DNA of 63,703 nt, filler included, from Octopus bimaculoides (lineage: Eukaryota): the NCBI RefSeq assembly GCF_001194135.2. It is 6 parts of 5 records of this genome, joined end to end, with 100 filler letters (N's around TTAATTAATTAA, not from the genome) between each part and the next. Parts side by side here need not be neighbours in the genome. Positions count along the whole stretch, not along the records: positions 22,399 to 41,268 come from NC_069009.1; positions 41,369 to 53,719 come from NC_068995.1; 4 more parts are not named here. One strand, 5' to 3'. Position 1 is the first letter of the stretch. Each line of letters starts with the position of its first letter. The notes beneath the pieces were generated by a model. That model searched no databases, was not told where the DNA came from, and was given only the letters and a program-made list of their open reading frames with translations. The translations under genes and the position numbers were made by a program. Positions 40,556-52,676 of the stretch are shown one piece after another.

Positions 40556-41003
40556 TTATTTACATTATTTACATTTGATGGATGTTTGCCCTCATCTTGT
40601 TTGTTGTTAACACAACGTTTCGGCTGATATACCCTCCAGCCTTCGTCAGGTGTCTTGGGGAAATTTCGAACCTGGGTTCTCATTCCTAACGATGTTACTA
40701 TTATTATATTATTATTATTATTACTATTATTAATCAGGTCGCTGCCGTGAATCGAACTCGGAATCTTGGGGTTAGTAGCCCGCGCTCTTAACCACTACGC
40801 CATATGCCCACGGCAGCGACCTGATTAATAATAGTAATAATAATAATAATATAATAATAGTAACATCGTTAGGAATGAGAACCCAGGTTTGAAATTTCCC
40901 CAAGACACCTGACGAAGGCTGGAGGGTATATCAGCCGAAACGTTGTGTTAGCAACAAACAAGATGAGGACAAATATCCGTCAAATGTAAATAATGTAAAT
41001 AAT
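40556..41003. mobile_element. Foldback pair of a tRNA-headed SINE-like element carrying a minimal hammerhead; ~195 bp arms and a 59 nt loop
   Basis: 40556-40749 is the near-perfect reverse complement of 40809-41003. The loop read on the minus strand is a tRNA-like head (A box TGGCGTAGTGG, B box GAGTTCGATTC). Each arm ends in (TGTAAATAA)n. Confidence 0.85.
40904..40949 (+). ncRNA. Minimal type I hammerhead ribozyme (mirror copy on the minus strand at 40609-40654)
   Basis: GACAC-CUGACGA-A-GGCUG[loop]CAGCC-GAAA-CGUU^GUGUU. Core, stem II and stem I are all present, with a palindromic ACGU stem III and a GUU cleavage triplet. Confidence 0.7.
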
Positions 41004-41218
41004 GGTTTTTTTTTTCTTTGGTATGTGTATATGTATATATGTTAAACCGTCCAACCCATGCCAGCATGGACAATGGGCGTTAAATCATGGTGATGATAAT
41101 GATACATGACAGGCTTCTTTTAGTTTCCATCTACCAAATCCACTCACAAGGCTTCAGTTAGTGGTCATTGTGATGGTTATGGTGGTGGTGGTGGTGGTGG
41201 TGGTGGTGGTAGTGGTGA

Positions 41219-41249
<31 letters not shown>

Positions 41250-41579
41250 GGCAGTGCTGGTGATGTTGNNNNNNNNNNNNNNNNNNNNNNNNNNNNNNNN
41301 NNNNNNNNNNNNTTAATTAATTAANNNNNNNNNNNNNNNNNNNNNNNNNNNNNNNNNNNNNNNNNNNNAATGAGAGAAATTTGTGGTGAAACAGTACAGC
41401 AGGGTTCGCCACCAACCCCTGCCGGAGCCTCGTGGAGCTTTTAGGTGTTTTCGCTCAATAAACACTCACAACGCCCGGTCTGGGAATCGAAACCGCGATC
41501 CAATGAATTTAAGTTTGAGGCGTTTCTTCTCTTGGTCAACGCAATGGTGGTAGCATCGGTCAATACCTGCGGTTGTTCT

Positions 41580-42400
41580 TCGGTATGTATGTTCGACGTG
41601 ATACTGGATATTATTTCAGAGAATTTGACTTCTAATTGAATATAACGGAAGAAGAGGAGATCCACACCGAGTTCTACAGGAAAGCAGCGATTAGAGATAT
41701 GTTTGTCCAGTACAATCCAGCACTTCCACTCGGTACCAAAATAGGATACGCCAGAAATGAACTTGCACGTATCCAAGGCAAGTGCAGCAAGACAGAGGAC
41801 AAGGTGACCCACACTACACGTTTTCCAGATATATTAAAAAAAAAACGAGTATCCAAGATCCATTGTAAATCGACTTATGTACCCAAGGCGAACAACACGC
41901 CAAACACATAGAAAACCCAGCAACACATGCTGCCTTAAAATACCCCCATTTTAGCGAGAGGATAACTACAGCCATCCGTAGAACCATAAGACGAGGAGGG
42001 CTAGACGTAAAACTAACCCACTTCGGCCCCTCTCTGAGAAAACATCTCTCAAAGAAACGAACAAAGGACAATAATCAATGCACATTAACAAATTGTCCCA
42101 TCTGTGACACAGATTTATGCCAACGGGTAAATGTTGTGTATAGAATACAATGTAACAAAAGTTCTCTATGGGTAGCACAACAAGACCGTTACACGTCCGC
42201 ATCAAAGAACATCTGAACACGAGAGCCTCCTCCTTCAGAAAACATCTAGACAGATGTCGGAACACCGACAAATGCATAAGTCACAAATGAGGCTAATGAA
42301 AGAAATTTAGGTAATTTAAGAGTTAAGGAAGCTATACTCATACACAGACTAGGGTCCCAAATTAACAACAGACTGGAGGTTAGTAATCAACATATTATTT
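41580..42400 (+). mobile_element. Penelope-like element 3' fragment (RT C-terminus/linker plus GIY-YIG endonuclease), decayed
   Basis: Reads IHTEFYRK...YNPALPLGTK, then NVVYRIQC...GSTTRPLHVRIKEHL with frameshifts. Followed by a hammerhead at 42697. Confidence 0.8.
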
Positions 42401-42696
42401 AGCTACATCTGGATGCATGTAGGTTCATTTTTGATAACATGCTCATGTATTGTTTATAAAAAAAGAGGAAAAAAAAGGAGGAGGGGAAAAAAGGGAAGCT
42501 GAACGTATAACACATAGCTTAGAAGCAGCACTAAGGATGTGCCAGCACACACGAGATTGAGACATGACCGGCTCTAAGCACTTTTCATGAGGAATTCCGG
42601 AAGGAGCTTCGTGAGACCACTGCTGAGACGCTTCCGAAAAAACAAAGAAAAGCCGTTGAAAAACCGGTTATAGCTGCGACTTCATCAATTCCTAGG

Positions 42697-42735
42697 GATA
42701 TCTGAAGAAGGAATTTTATTCCGAAATATCATATC
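42697..42735 (+). ncRNA. Minimal hammerhead ribozyme downstream of a PLE fragment
   Basis: GAUAU-CUGAAGA-A-GGAAU-UUU-AUUCC-GAAA-UAUC^AUAUC. Stems I and II are perfect, stem III is the palindrome AUAU, and the triplet is AUC. Confidence 0.72.
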
Positions 42736-42822
42736 AGACTATGGATGATTAAATTACAACAGTTATTATAATCCATTGTTCGTATTATAGTGCATCGTTG
42801 TGTCATTAAAAATATATTCTTG

Positions 42823-42905
<83 letters not shown>

Positions 42906-43808
42906 ACGTGTGTGCGTGTGTATATGTATATATAATAAGAGTAGAAATCAATATATGAATACTTAAAAAAAGTCCGAGGACCGGGAATTCTATTCTAATA
43001 TAAACAATATGAAAGACCACTATGTAGATCCCTTGTATGCTAAAAATAGACGTCAAACCGTCTTAACATGAAGTGTGTATGTGTGCATATATATCTTTAT
43101 ATATATCTATATATATGTATATATGTGTATATATATGTATATATGTATATATATATATATATATATGTATATATGTGTATATGTATTTATATATATGTGT
43201 ATATGTATATATGCACATATATATGTATATGTATGTGTGCATATACATATATATATGTCCATCTGTAAAGCTAAGTCTGTCTTTCTATCAAACGCTCTCA
43301 CTTTCCCTGTCATTCTATTCTCACATATATATTTTCAACTAACCGCCTCGTCTGTCTGTTAGTGTTTCTATTACTAACCGAAGAAAAAAAAATATATATA
43401 AAGAGGCATTAATAAAAAATGTTCGCCATTGTTAGCAACAGAATGAATGTGGTAGCGTTAGTGTGTGTCGGTATTAGTTGTGGTGCTTGGTTTATTTGTG
43501 GAGGTGGTGAAATCTGTGACTGTGATTTTAGTTTTAGTGACGGTAGTGTTGGAAGTGGTGGTGATTCGGTGATGGTAGAACTATTGCTATTGGTTTAGGT
43601 GGTGGTGAATAGGAAATTGTAGCACAGATTCGCCGGGATGTAATGCAATATGGTTGGCACACATTTGCCAGTGTCAAAAATATGTTTAATGCTGTGTGTG
43701 CTTAAAGCTATGTACATATGCAAATAGGAACATGGGAATACAGGCAAGTAATAACAATACAAGCAAAAAATAAGACAAAAACGAAAAACAAAAACAAAGT
43801 ACACATAC

Positions 43809-43891
43809 CGGGACAGAACCGCTGTGCAAACAAACCTATTTGATGATGTTGGCTGTGGATATTTCCAATGTTTAAATATAACGAGTCCCCA
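43809..43891 (-). CDS. Candidate internal exon, minus strand
   Basis: Acceptor ctctttgttgtag after a pyrimidine tract, donor CCG|GTATGT. Two frames are open (WGLVIFKHWKYPQPTSSNRFVCTAVLSR or GDSLYLNIGNIHSQHHQIGLFAQRFCP). Confidence 0.25.
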
Positions 43892-46800
43892 CTACAACAA
43901 AGAGTAACTTAGCTATGAGTGAAGAGAGATATCAAGAGAAGAATAGAAGATTGCTGCAATGAACAGTAGAAAGGAAAATAAAGTAAAATAAGTAGTAATA
44001 AGAAAATATGAAAATAGAAAGATTTGGAAAGCAGAAAGAGGAAAATAAATGGTATTTAAACAACAGTTACAAAACAAAGAACAAAAGAATTTCCAAGAAA
44101 TTTAGAACAAAATTGAAAGTAAAAAATTTAAACATTAAAAGAAAATGCTTCTAGATTACTAGAACAGAATATTTTGAAGAGAAAAGGAACTTGAAAAAAC
44201 AAATAATAAAAGAAACTGGTAAAACGAGAAAATTATAGACGAAAATATAAGTCGGAAAGGAAATAATAATTTTTTACAAATCAAATGAAAGAAGAAAGAT
44301 ATAGTAGTAAGTTGAAATTTAGTCAAACTGTCAAACAGTAAAAAAAAAAAAAAAAAAAAAAGAGAGAGATGAGAACGAAAAATTAAAGAGAAATAAAGAA
44401 AATGAAATGAAAAAAAGAGACTGAAAGTAATTGAAGAAAGTAGGGAGTAGGGAAGAAAGAAGAAAAGAAACAACATAGAAAAGAATAAAAACTGATGAGT
44501 AACATTTATTCTTCCCTTTCGTTGTGTTGTAATAATTCAATGTTGCAATATTTGGGTTAATTAAAACTAGAATTTTGTGGGAGGTGCTTTTGATTGAACA
44601 TAATCCTTTATCAAACAATGTTGTACTTAATTCTCGTGTGCGCGTATGTGAGTCGTCCTGTATAGTAGGTTAACTGCGCTAGTGATTACCATAACTTTAA
44701 CAGCAGAAAGTAGTTTAAGGTATGCCACTCATCAAATTGGAAATGCTATTATTTCTTAGGTTTTGTCTATAAAGAACATTTGGAGCCATTACAACAATGC
44801 TCTCACCAATTATAAATTAGTTAACTTAATCATCACACATTGCCTATTTAGAAATATGTGAAGTGGGACACTGAGAAATAACAGGTTCATTCATAAAGCT
44901 GCCGCCATTACACTTCGACAGTATGATTCACTGAATATAATCATATGGCATGGTGAAGGAACAAACGTACATATGGATGAGAATTGGCTAACCAGCAAAA
45001 TCGTTGGAGTTACATATAACATGATTAATCCTATACATATTAACATTCTACACTAAAATAACACAAAAACACCTACAAATTCGTGTACAATGCTCATACA
45101 TAACTGAAATTATTATAAGCAAAGCATATCAACTCACAATAAGAACATAAACACAATGCTACTGATGATACGGAAGGGTTCGAGATATTGCGAAGGATTC
45201 AGAAGAATTTACAATACTTCTGCGTAGCTCCTGCAGTTTCTGCAGAGGCAAAGCCTCACCTACACACACACACACACACATACACACACATACACACGCG
45301 CGCGCGCGCAAACACACACCACACTCACACATGTAAGCAGACGCACGCACAAACACACGCAAATACACACACTCACACACATGCAAGCACACGCACACAC
45401 ACTCACTCACTGCTATATACACAATAAAAGTATAAACCAAACTACACAAAGAAGTGCACTGATGCATATTCAAATACATGGGATTCCCAATGGTCAGTAT
45501 ATAAAACCTATTCAATTATACTATAATACAACAGTGTGATAAAGTAATTTTTTAGCCTGGCATGAATCTAAATACCTTTACTAGCTTCAAAATTATGACA
45601 TCCATACTTTTCTTAAATACAAAAAGAATTGCAGTAAAGAAATGAAACTGGACCGTAGACTGCGTTTGTAGAAAGTTGATTACCGAATCAGTACCATATG
45701 CCAGATAGAAGCTACAATAAGTATAAACACATATACACAATGCACACAGAGGTACACATCTCCAGACGCACTCTCATTCACATGCAAACATACAAACACA
45801 TGCGCGCACGCACGCTCGCACACGCACGTGCACACACAAAATTAAACATAACATATTGTGCAGTTATTACGATCAAAACAAATAGAAAAGATCCAACCAG
45901 GACTTTGTAACGTTTTTCTCTACCGTTTTATATCTGATCACATGCGTGGAACCATGGCTAAGTATCTTCTAAGTCTTGGGAATGGATTTGGTAGATGGAA
46001 ACTGAAAGAAGTTCGTCATATATATATATATGTGTGTGTATGTACGCGTGTGTGTGTGTGTATGTGTGTCTATGTGTGTGTGTATGTGTGTGTATCTACT
46101 ACACAGAAATTCTGTCTGTGGGTGTATTTGTGGAGTTGTTAGCTAACTCTTACATCGTTTTATCGATTTTGATGAAACTCGACACGTGAGTAGAACTCAT
46201 ATCTGGAAACATTATGGCATACTACGATCGTTGAAAAAAACCGATAATAGGGCCCCTGGAAGGGATCCTTGTATATATCTAATATATTTCATTTTAACAG
46301 CCAAGGGAAATAACCCATTAATTTTCCTAAATAATTTGGCATAAATCAAATTGAGTATGCTTACTTCTTAGTATTTGAACTGTTACAGTTATTTTCGCAA
46401 TTTATCCAGTACAACGCTTAAACAAGTAAATAGTATTTTCCTAAAAAAATATATCCACTTATTTCGGTTAGTGACTTATTCACGAATATACCAGCACTAG
46501 CGCCGCTGAGGGTAATATTCTCTGGGAACGCACAAAAGCCCTTTTCAGAGTTATTTACTTTGAATTGTCATTATCTCATATCTGATTAGCATATTACGTA
46601 ACATGCTTCACACTTTTCGTATACATACCTTATTAGTATTTTCTCCTAAGTTCTATATACTCTGGGAACGCATTAAAGCCCTTTTCGGGGATACTTTATT
46701 TGAATTCTTACTACCGGGTTATTAATTTCATGTTATTACATAACTGATTTCACAATTTAGGTATTCATAACTTATTGGGATTTCCTAATAACAAGATCGT

Positions 46801-47703
46801 GTGTAAGATAGTTCGGAATTCTCTGTAAATGCCAAAAACCGTTTTAAGGGCTACATACTTTGTATTGTTGTTATTGGATTAGCGAAACAATTACGAGAAC
46901 AGAACGAAGGGATAAGCCCCGCTTTCCCGGGAATTACCGGGTACGTCAGCTAGTATATATATATATATATGTATGTATGTTTGTATGTGTGTGTCTGTCT
47001 GTCTTCCACAGAACGCTATAAGCCATTGTTGGCTTGTTTACGTCCCAGAAACGGTGACTTCCCAATAACGGAAACAAGTAAACCATATAAATATAACTCA
47101 GTAAGCAAAATGTCCGTTTAACAAGCACACTGCTACATCATCAAATCAACAGAGTTTGTTTAACAAGCGGAAAATTATCCTTAAGTCACTTTATAACAGT
47201 TCAACAGACACATTTTCCCTGCAGAATCCTATCTTTGTCTTAATAAGGGTCAAATAAATTACTTAAATGCAATAGTAAGGGGGTTGGTTATCTAATCACA
47301 ATACAGATGATAATAAACGTGTTAAACTTCCGTCCAGTCTGCTAGACTAAAACCGCTCGAAGTGGTATCTCACCATGACTGTTATCCAATGACTGAAACA
47401 AGTACAAAAGTAAAGATAAATGAAGAAGGATATTCCTACATATGCAGGGATACGAAGAATATGTACACACACGTGGAATGATTATAATATCAGATGATAG
47501 TAAATGCGATAAACTTCTATCAAATCTGCTTTAATGGATACGGAGTGAACTAAGATATCACATACTAGAGTTAATGGGGTTTCTTTATAGTGAAGCAAAA
47601 GTACACTTTCGTTTTCACGTACACGCGCTCCAATAGCTATAGCTTGACATACGCATGCATACTTACTTGACATATACAGGGATATATATATATATATATA
47701 TAT

Positions 47704-47751
<48 letters not shown>

Positions 47752-47949
47752 ATGTATTTATGTGTACTTTATTTAAAAGTAGCAGAAATATAACAAAAGA
47801 CTGTTACTCGGAGTTTCATCAAAATACACAGATGCATACGTACAGACAGTATACGTGTATAGGTATATATATGCAAGACATAAATACATGCACGAATACG
47901 CATGTATACACATATGCACGCAGTCAAGCTCGCGCACGAAAACTATTAC

Positions 47950-48022
47950 CCGTTGGTAACAGTAATTGTATCTCAACTTTATGGAGTGGAGGGGGAAGAG
48001 TAACCTATCGATAAGGACGTCA
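47950..48022 (-). CDS. Candidate internal exon, minus strand
   Basis: Pyrimidine-rich acceptor ctttctctctatctacatcag and donor CGG|GTAATA. Only one frame is open: DVLIDRLLFPLHSIKLRYNYCYQR. Confidence 0.25.
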
Positions 48023-48722
48023 CTGATGTAGATAGAGAGAAAGTGTGGTTATCGTGAGGGAGGAAAGGAAGAAAGAAAGAAAGGAGAGAAAAAAGGAAGG
48101 GAAGAAAGAAATAGAGAAAGAAAGAGAGAAAGAAGGAAAGATAGCAAGAAGGAAGTGTGGCGCATATAACAAACGTACACAAAATTGGATTGCGTATATA
48201 AGTGTGTACAAAAATGTATATTAGCATCACGTATATAGGGATATGTACGCAAATACTCACAAACATAACTGTATACGTGCGTATGCACAAATTCAAGTAT
48301 GTGTGAGCGTAAACCTGAGCGCAGATTCTCATATATAACATAGATGCACACACGCGAATAAATGTATGTCTGTGTAAATAAATATAAGCATACACTCTTA
48401 CCCATGCATACACAAAGACGCACACACACGAAATCATTACTTTATGTGCACAAGTGTAAACCTAGGCTCTATACGTAAGCATAGACGCACACATACGAAT
48501 ACATATGCATTGCTACAATACAGACATCCACATAAAAAAAGGCTTCTAGGTCTCAGCGTATGTACGAAGACAACTTTTTAAGAAATTGCTGGGTGTATAA
48601 AAGTTAAAATTGGGCAAAAATACATGCATAATAAAATTCCATATATCGAACCGCATATTACTCTACCTCTGGTATTTGAGTACTCTTTTTTCCACTTTGC
48701 TGCACATTTATGTGCTTACTAC

Positions 48723-48762
<40 letters not shown>

Positions 48763-48765
<3 letters not shown>

Positions 48766-49400
48766 GGTGGTCAGAAAGTCACGCATCATGAGAATATCAA
48801 GTATGCTTTATTTGCAATGAAGTAGGTAATCCATTAAAAATATTCAAAGTATTGGTCATGTAGCTCTAAATAAGTGCTCATACGTAATTTGAAATTGCGA
48901 TGAACCCTCTCAAATAGCTCTTCATTGCCGCTGTCTTGTTCACACGCTTCAACAATTCTTTGAAGATGTCCTTGGTCACGAATCTTTTCAGAATACACAA
49001 GAGATTCAATGTAGCTCTAGAAAAAAAGGTCCATGAGAGCTAAATCTGGTGACGGTGGTGCCCATTCAATTAGCCCGCGACACCCGAGACATCTCCCTGG
49101 AGAATGTTCATTCAGAAAATCACGAATGTGTAACGCATAATGGGGCAGAGCCCCATCCTACTGAAACCCTTCCAAGTGAATGCACGTGAGGCATCATTTT
49201 GTTGCTAGGCATGTCCAAATACGAATCACCTGTCATAGAGCCCTCAAAATTAAATGGTCCAATTATTTTATTGTGCCAAATCCCACACCACACCATTACC
49301 TTGTCCCCGCCTTGCTGGTTGTCTGCCTCCATCCAATGAGGATTGGTTTGAGAGTAATATCGGCAGTTGTGAAAACAGATAGAAAAAGAGAATGTTAGCA
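48763..49400 (-). mobile_element. Tc1/mariner-superfamily transposon right half, inserted next to (TA)n
   Basis: End motif TA-CAGGGTGGTCAGAAAG. Minus-strand VMVWCGIW..IIGPFNF, a broken QDGAPPL and WAPPSPDLA (WPxxSPDL-like). Confidence 0.8.
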
Positions 49401-49448
49401 ATTTCACATATTGCAGGATGGTACATGACTTTATGGCCCCTTATATGT

Positions 49449-49492
<44 letters not shown>

Positions 49493-49549
49493 GTGTGTTC
49501 GTGTGTATGTGTGTATGTGTGTGTGTGTGTTAAATAAAATGAAACAACA

Positions 49550-49958
49550 AAGGCAGTGTCAAATTTCTAGGACATTTATAACTGTTTGAGGGATGTAAAA
49601 GATATCCCATCATCATAGACGATATGAGAGAGTCAAACAGAAGGAAATAGTAGAGTTCAATATAAGAATTTATTCTGGAAAGGGAGAGATATAAGAAGTA
49701 TAAAATGAAATATGAGGATAAAAAGATATATGGTGGATGTTAAAGTTGCACGTGGATAAGAAGCCACTTTATCTTTTCTATACAGCTCATTCCTTGGATA
49801 ATGGAAAAGCAACTTAAACATCCAATATACATTTTTTTTGTCCTCACATTTCTCTTTCTTTTATCTCTTATCTGATGATGAGATATCTTTTATATCCCTG
49901 AAACAGCTGCAAGACTACCTTTCTCATTATAAATATCCTAGAAATTTCACACTGCCTT
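49550..49958. repeat. Diverged inverted repeat whose arms carry decayed hammerhead-like cores
   Basis: 49550-49620 (aaggcagtgtcaaatttctaggac...catcat) matches the reverse complement of 49870-49958. The right arm reads CTGATGA-T-GAGATAT-CTTTT-ATATCCC-T-GAAAC. Confidence 0.7.
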
Positions 49959-50399
49959 AGCTTTGAAGTCTTATTTTATTTAACATATACACGGTCACAC
50001 ATTACCCACATTAGACTCCTCATACACACACACACACACGCACACGCGCACGCACGCACGCGCACGCGCACACACACGCACGCGCACACACACACACACA
50101 CACACACACNNNNNNNNNNNNNNNNNNNNNNNNNNNNNNNNNNNNNNNNNNNNNNNNNNNNNNNNNNNNNNNNNNNNNNNNNNNNNNNNNNNNNNNNNNN
50201 NNNNNNNNNNNNNNNNNNNNNNNNNNNNNNNNNNNNNNNNNNNNNNNNNNNNNNNNNNNNNNNNNNNNNNNNNNNNNNNNNNNNNNNNNNNNNNNNNNNN
50301 NNNNNNNNNNNNNNNNNNNNNNNNNNNNNNNNNNNNNNNNNNNNNNNNNNNNNNNNNNNGCCATAAGTAACTATATATTTTCTTTTGCTTGTAACTTTG

Positions 50400-50830
50400 T
50401 TGATACTTATTCAATTTTTCTATTTCATGTCATTTGAAAGCTGAAATCTTATATTTTTATTTCTTTTTAGCTCGAATTTGTTCCTTAAGTTCAACAATGT
50501 TGCGGGACTTTGTTGAGTAGACTTTCTCTTTGAGAACGCCCCACAGGAAAAAAGTCGGGTGGGGTCAAATCCGGCGAACGAGACGGCCACTCAAGCGGTC
50601 CTCGCCTGCCAACCATCGACAGGGCAGGTTGGCGTCCAGCCAGTCTCGCACAGGCGTAGCATAATGGGTGGGTGCCCCATCCTGCTGAAAGTACAGACCC
50701 TCTGCTCCATCCTGCTGTTGTAATAACGGCAAAAGCAACTTCTGTAGCATAGCCAGATAACTTTGTGTAGAACCATTTCAAAACCGCAATCTTTTGCTCT
50801 TTTGTTAATCGGGTGGACATAATCGATATA
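50400..50830 (-). mobile_element. Internally deleted Tc1/mariner transposase relic
   Basis: N-terminus MSTRLTKEQKIAVLKWFY joined to FQQDGAPTHY and WPSRSPDLTPPDFF. Confidence 0.8.
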
Positions 50831-51639
50831 ACAGTACATCTGAAATAGACAGGAAAAAAGAAATAAAAATATAAGATTCACCAAACCCGTAATTGTAGGG
50901 CTATTTTTAGAAATGTTATAAACAACATTTCCCATGGATTTTTACATTTCAATTATCATCATCATCTCCTTCATTAGTGTTGTCGTTGTTGTTGTTGTTA
51001 ATGGTGGTGGTGGTGGTAGGAGTAACTGTGGTTATAAAGCTTTAAATCTAAAAATAAGATAATTTTTACTGATTTTTCTCTTGACTTAGCTAGTAGTTTC
51101 CTGCTATCATTATAATAAGCACCTTTAGTATTGTTGTTGTTAGTGTAGTGGTCGTAGCAGTATTAGTATTATTGTTTATTTAGCTTGGGTTGAAATTTAT
51201 TAATAAAGTTCTTTTCTCTGATTTTTCTTTCAATTTCACTTGAACTGTGTAGTTTGTAGAATGGAAATATTATAAATATTTTCCTACCGCATGTTGCTAG
51301 ATGGTTGCTCAAAGGGTCTCTAATTTGCTGTCGGTGCAAATGTGAAAGTTCTGAGAGTGCATTTCCAGCCTTACCTACATATAGTTCTTCACAATTTGGA
51401 CATTTGATGCAATAAATTAAATTTCTGGGTCTACAATTTCTTTAATCAGGTACTTCCGAGGAAGTATGGGTGCCGCTAAAGAAATCCATTTCGGCATATT
51501 TTTCACATTTATATGCCTTCCCGAAGTTTTGTTTTCTTATGTTAAGAAATTTTTTCCATCTCTTTTTCTTTTTCGATGTCTTTCGTTTTCCAGATTTCTT
51601 TCGTTTATTTCTGACATCCAAGGATATTGTTGTAGGTTA

Positions 51640-52590
51640 TATTCTTGATTTCAGAGAGGAGTACCAGAGGAAGAAACAAAACTTCGATGGGAGCTTACCT
51701 TGACAAAATTTGGGACCAACATCTCCATTACACTGTGTAAAAAATCCCGTTACAAAGCCAAATACGAAACTATCGATGGTCAAATTGGAGACGAAATATC
51801 AAAACTAACGACTAGTAATATAACGGAAAAATGCGAGAACTCTGGATCAGAGATATCTCAAAAGTAGAAAGCAGATCAAGAAAGTTACGGCCACAGAAAG
51901 AATTATCTCTCGACAAATATGCTACCAATTACGGTAAAGACACTAGAACTGTGAGAAATAACATTACAAGTTGATAAGTTCACCAATATAATATACGCCA
52001 GAACACGTGGCGACATGAACACTCGTTTCACCAGGAATTGAAGATGAACTACGGTAAGAACTCTTCCCTTTTTGTACGCAAATACCCTAATGCACACAAT
52101 ATGAACAAAAAGCACAAACAAGATATATATTCCTTTAAGCAGACCATTAGGAGTGGAAATAACAGGAGATCGTTTTCATGACCACAACAGAGATTGCCCA
52201 CAAGAAACTGGGCAAAAAACCGATCTAGCTCTCGAAGTAAACCTAGGTCATTCCTCCAGATAGTTAAAAAGAATACTAACAACAAATTGAAAAATAATAT
52301 ACATAATACCAAAAACAGGAGAGAAAACATAACGAAACCAAGTAAAATACCACAACCAAAACGCAAAGTCCATCAAACAAGCATCAACAGGAACATAAGT
52401 CATAAACAGAGAAAAATCCATTTTTTAACGTCACAACAACAAACAGCGGAAAAAGAAAAATTCAAGAGGAAACATACCCAAAACAACTGAACATATAGAT
52501 CCTAAAATAATCAATCTATCCAAAAGAGATCTTGACAATGATTGAAATCCAACTTCTGTCAAAAGGACTGAAATTTACACCTACATAAGT
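51640..52590 (+). mobile_element. Penelope-like element 5' ORF fragment, decayed
   Basis: Ends in IINLSKRDL/TMIEIQLLSKGLKFTPT, the NLS..LT..E..LLxKGLxFxP motif at the start of PLE RT regions. A hammerhead follows. Confidence 0.7.
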
Positions 52591-52633
52591 TTGTGAAGGC
52601 GAAACAGACTTCTCTATCCAGCTGGCAAGCTAC

Positions 52634-52676
52634 TTCAGGCTGATGACGAGCAAAGACTCAGAAACATGTCCCTAAA
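52634..52676 (+). ncRNA. Minimal hammerhead ribozyme next to a PLE fragment
   Basis: UUCAGG-CUGAUGA-C-GAG-CAAAGA-CUC-A-GAAA-CAUGUC^CCUAAA. Stem III is the palindrome ACAUGU, the triplet is GUC, and stem I has one mismatch. Confidence 0.62.

Noticed and set aside
40750-40808. tRNA gene; the SINE heads at 14662, 32740, 34021 and 36092 were considered too
   Set aside because: A and B boxes are present, but no complete cloverleaf or acceptor stem is evident and each continues into a repeat body. These are SINE heads.
44760-45056. Long + strand frame interrupted by a single TGA (possible selenocysteine or readthrough)
   Set aside because: No recognisable protein motif, no SECIS identified, and AT-rich composition. 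Chance is the likelier explanation.
50591-50860. Strong minus-strand splice acceptor followed by an open frame
   Set aside because: It lies at the start of the mariner transposase relic, and the alternative frame is explained by the element.
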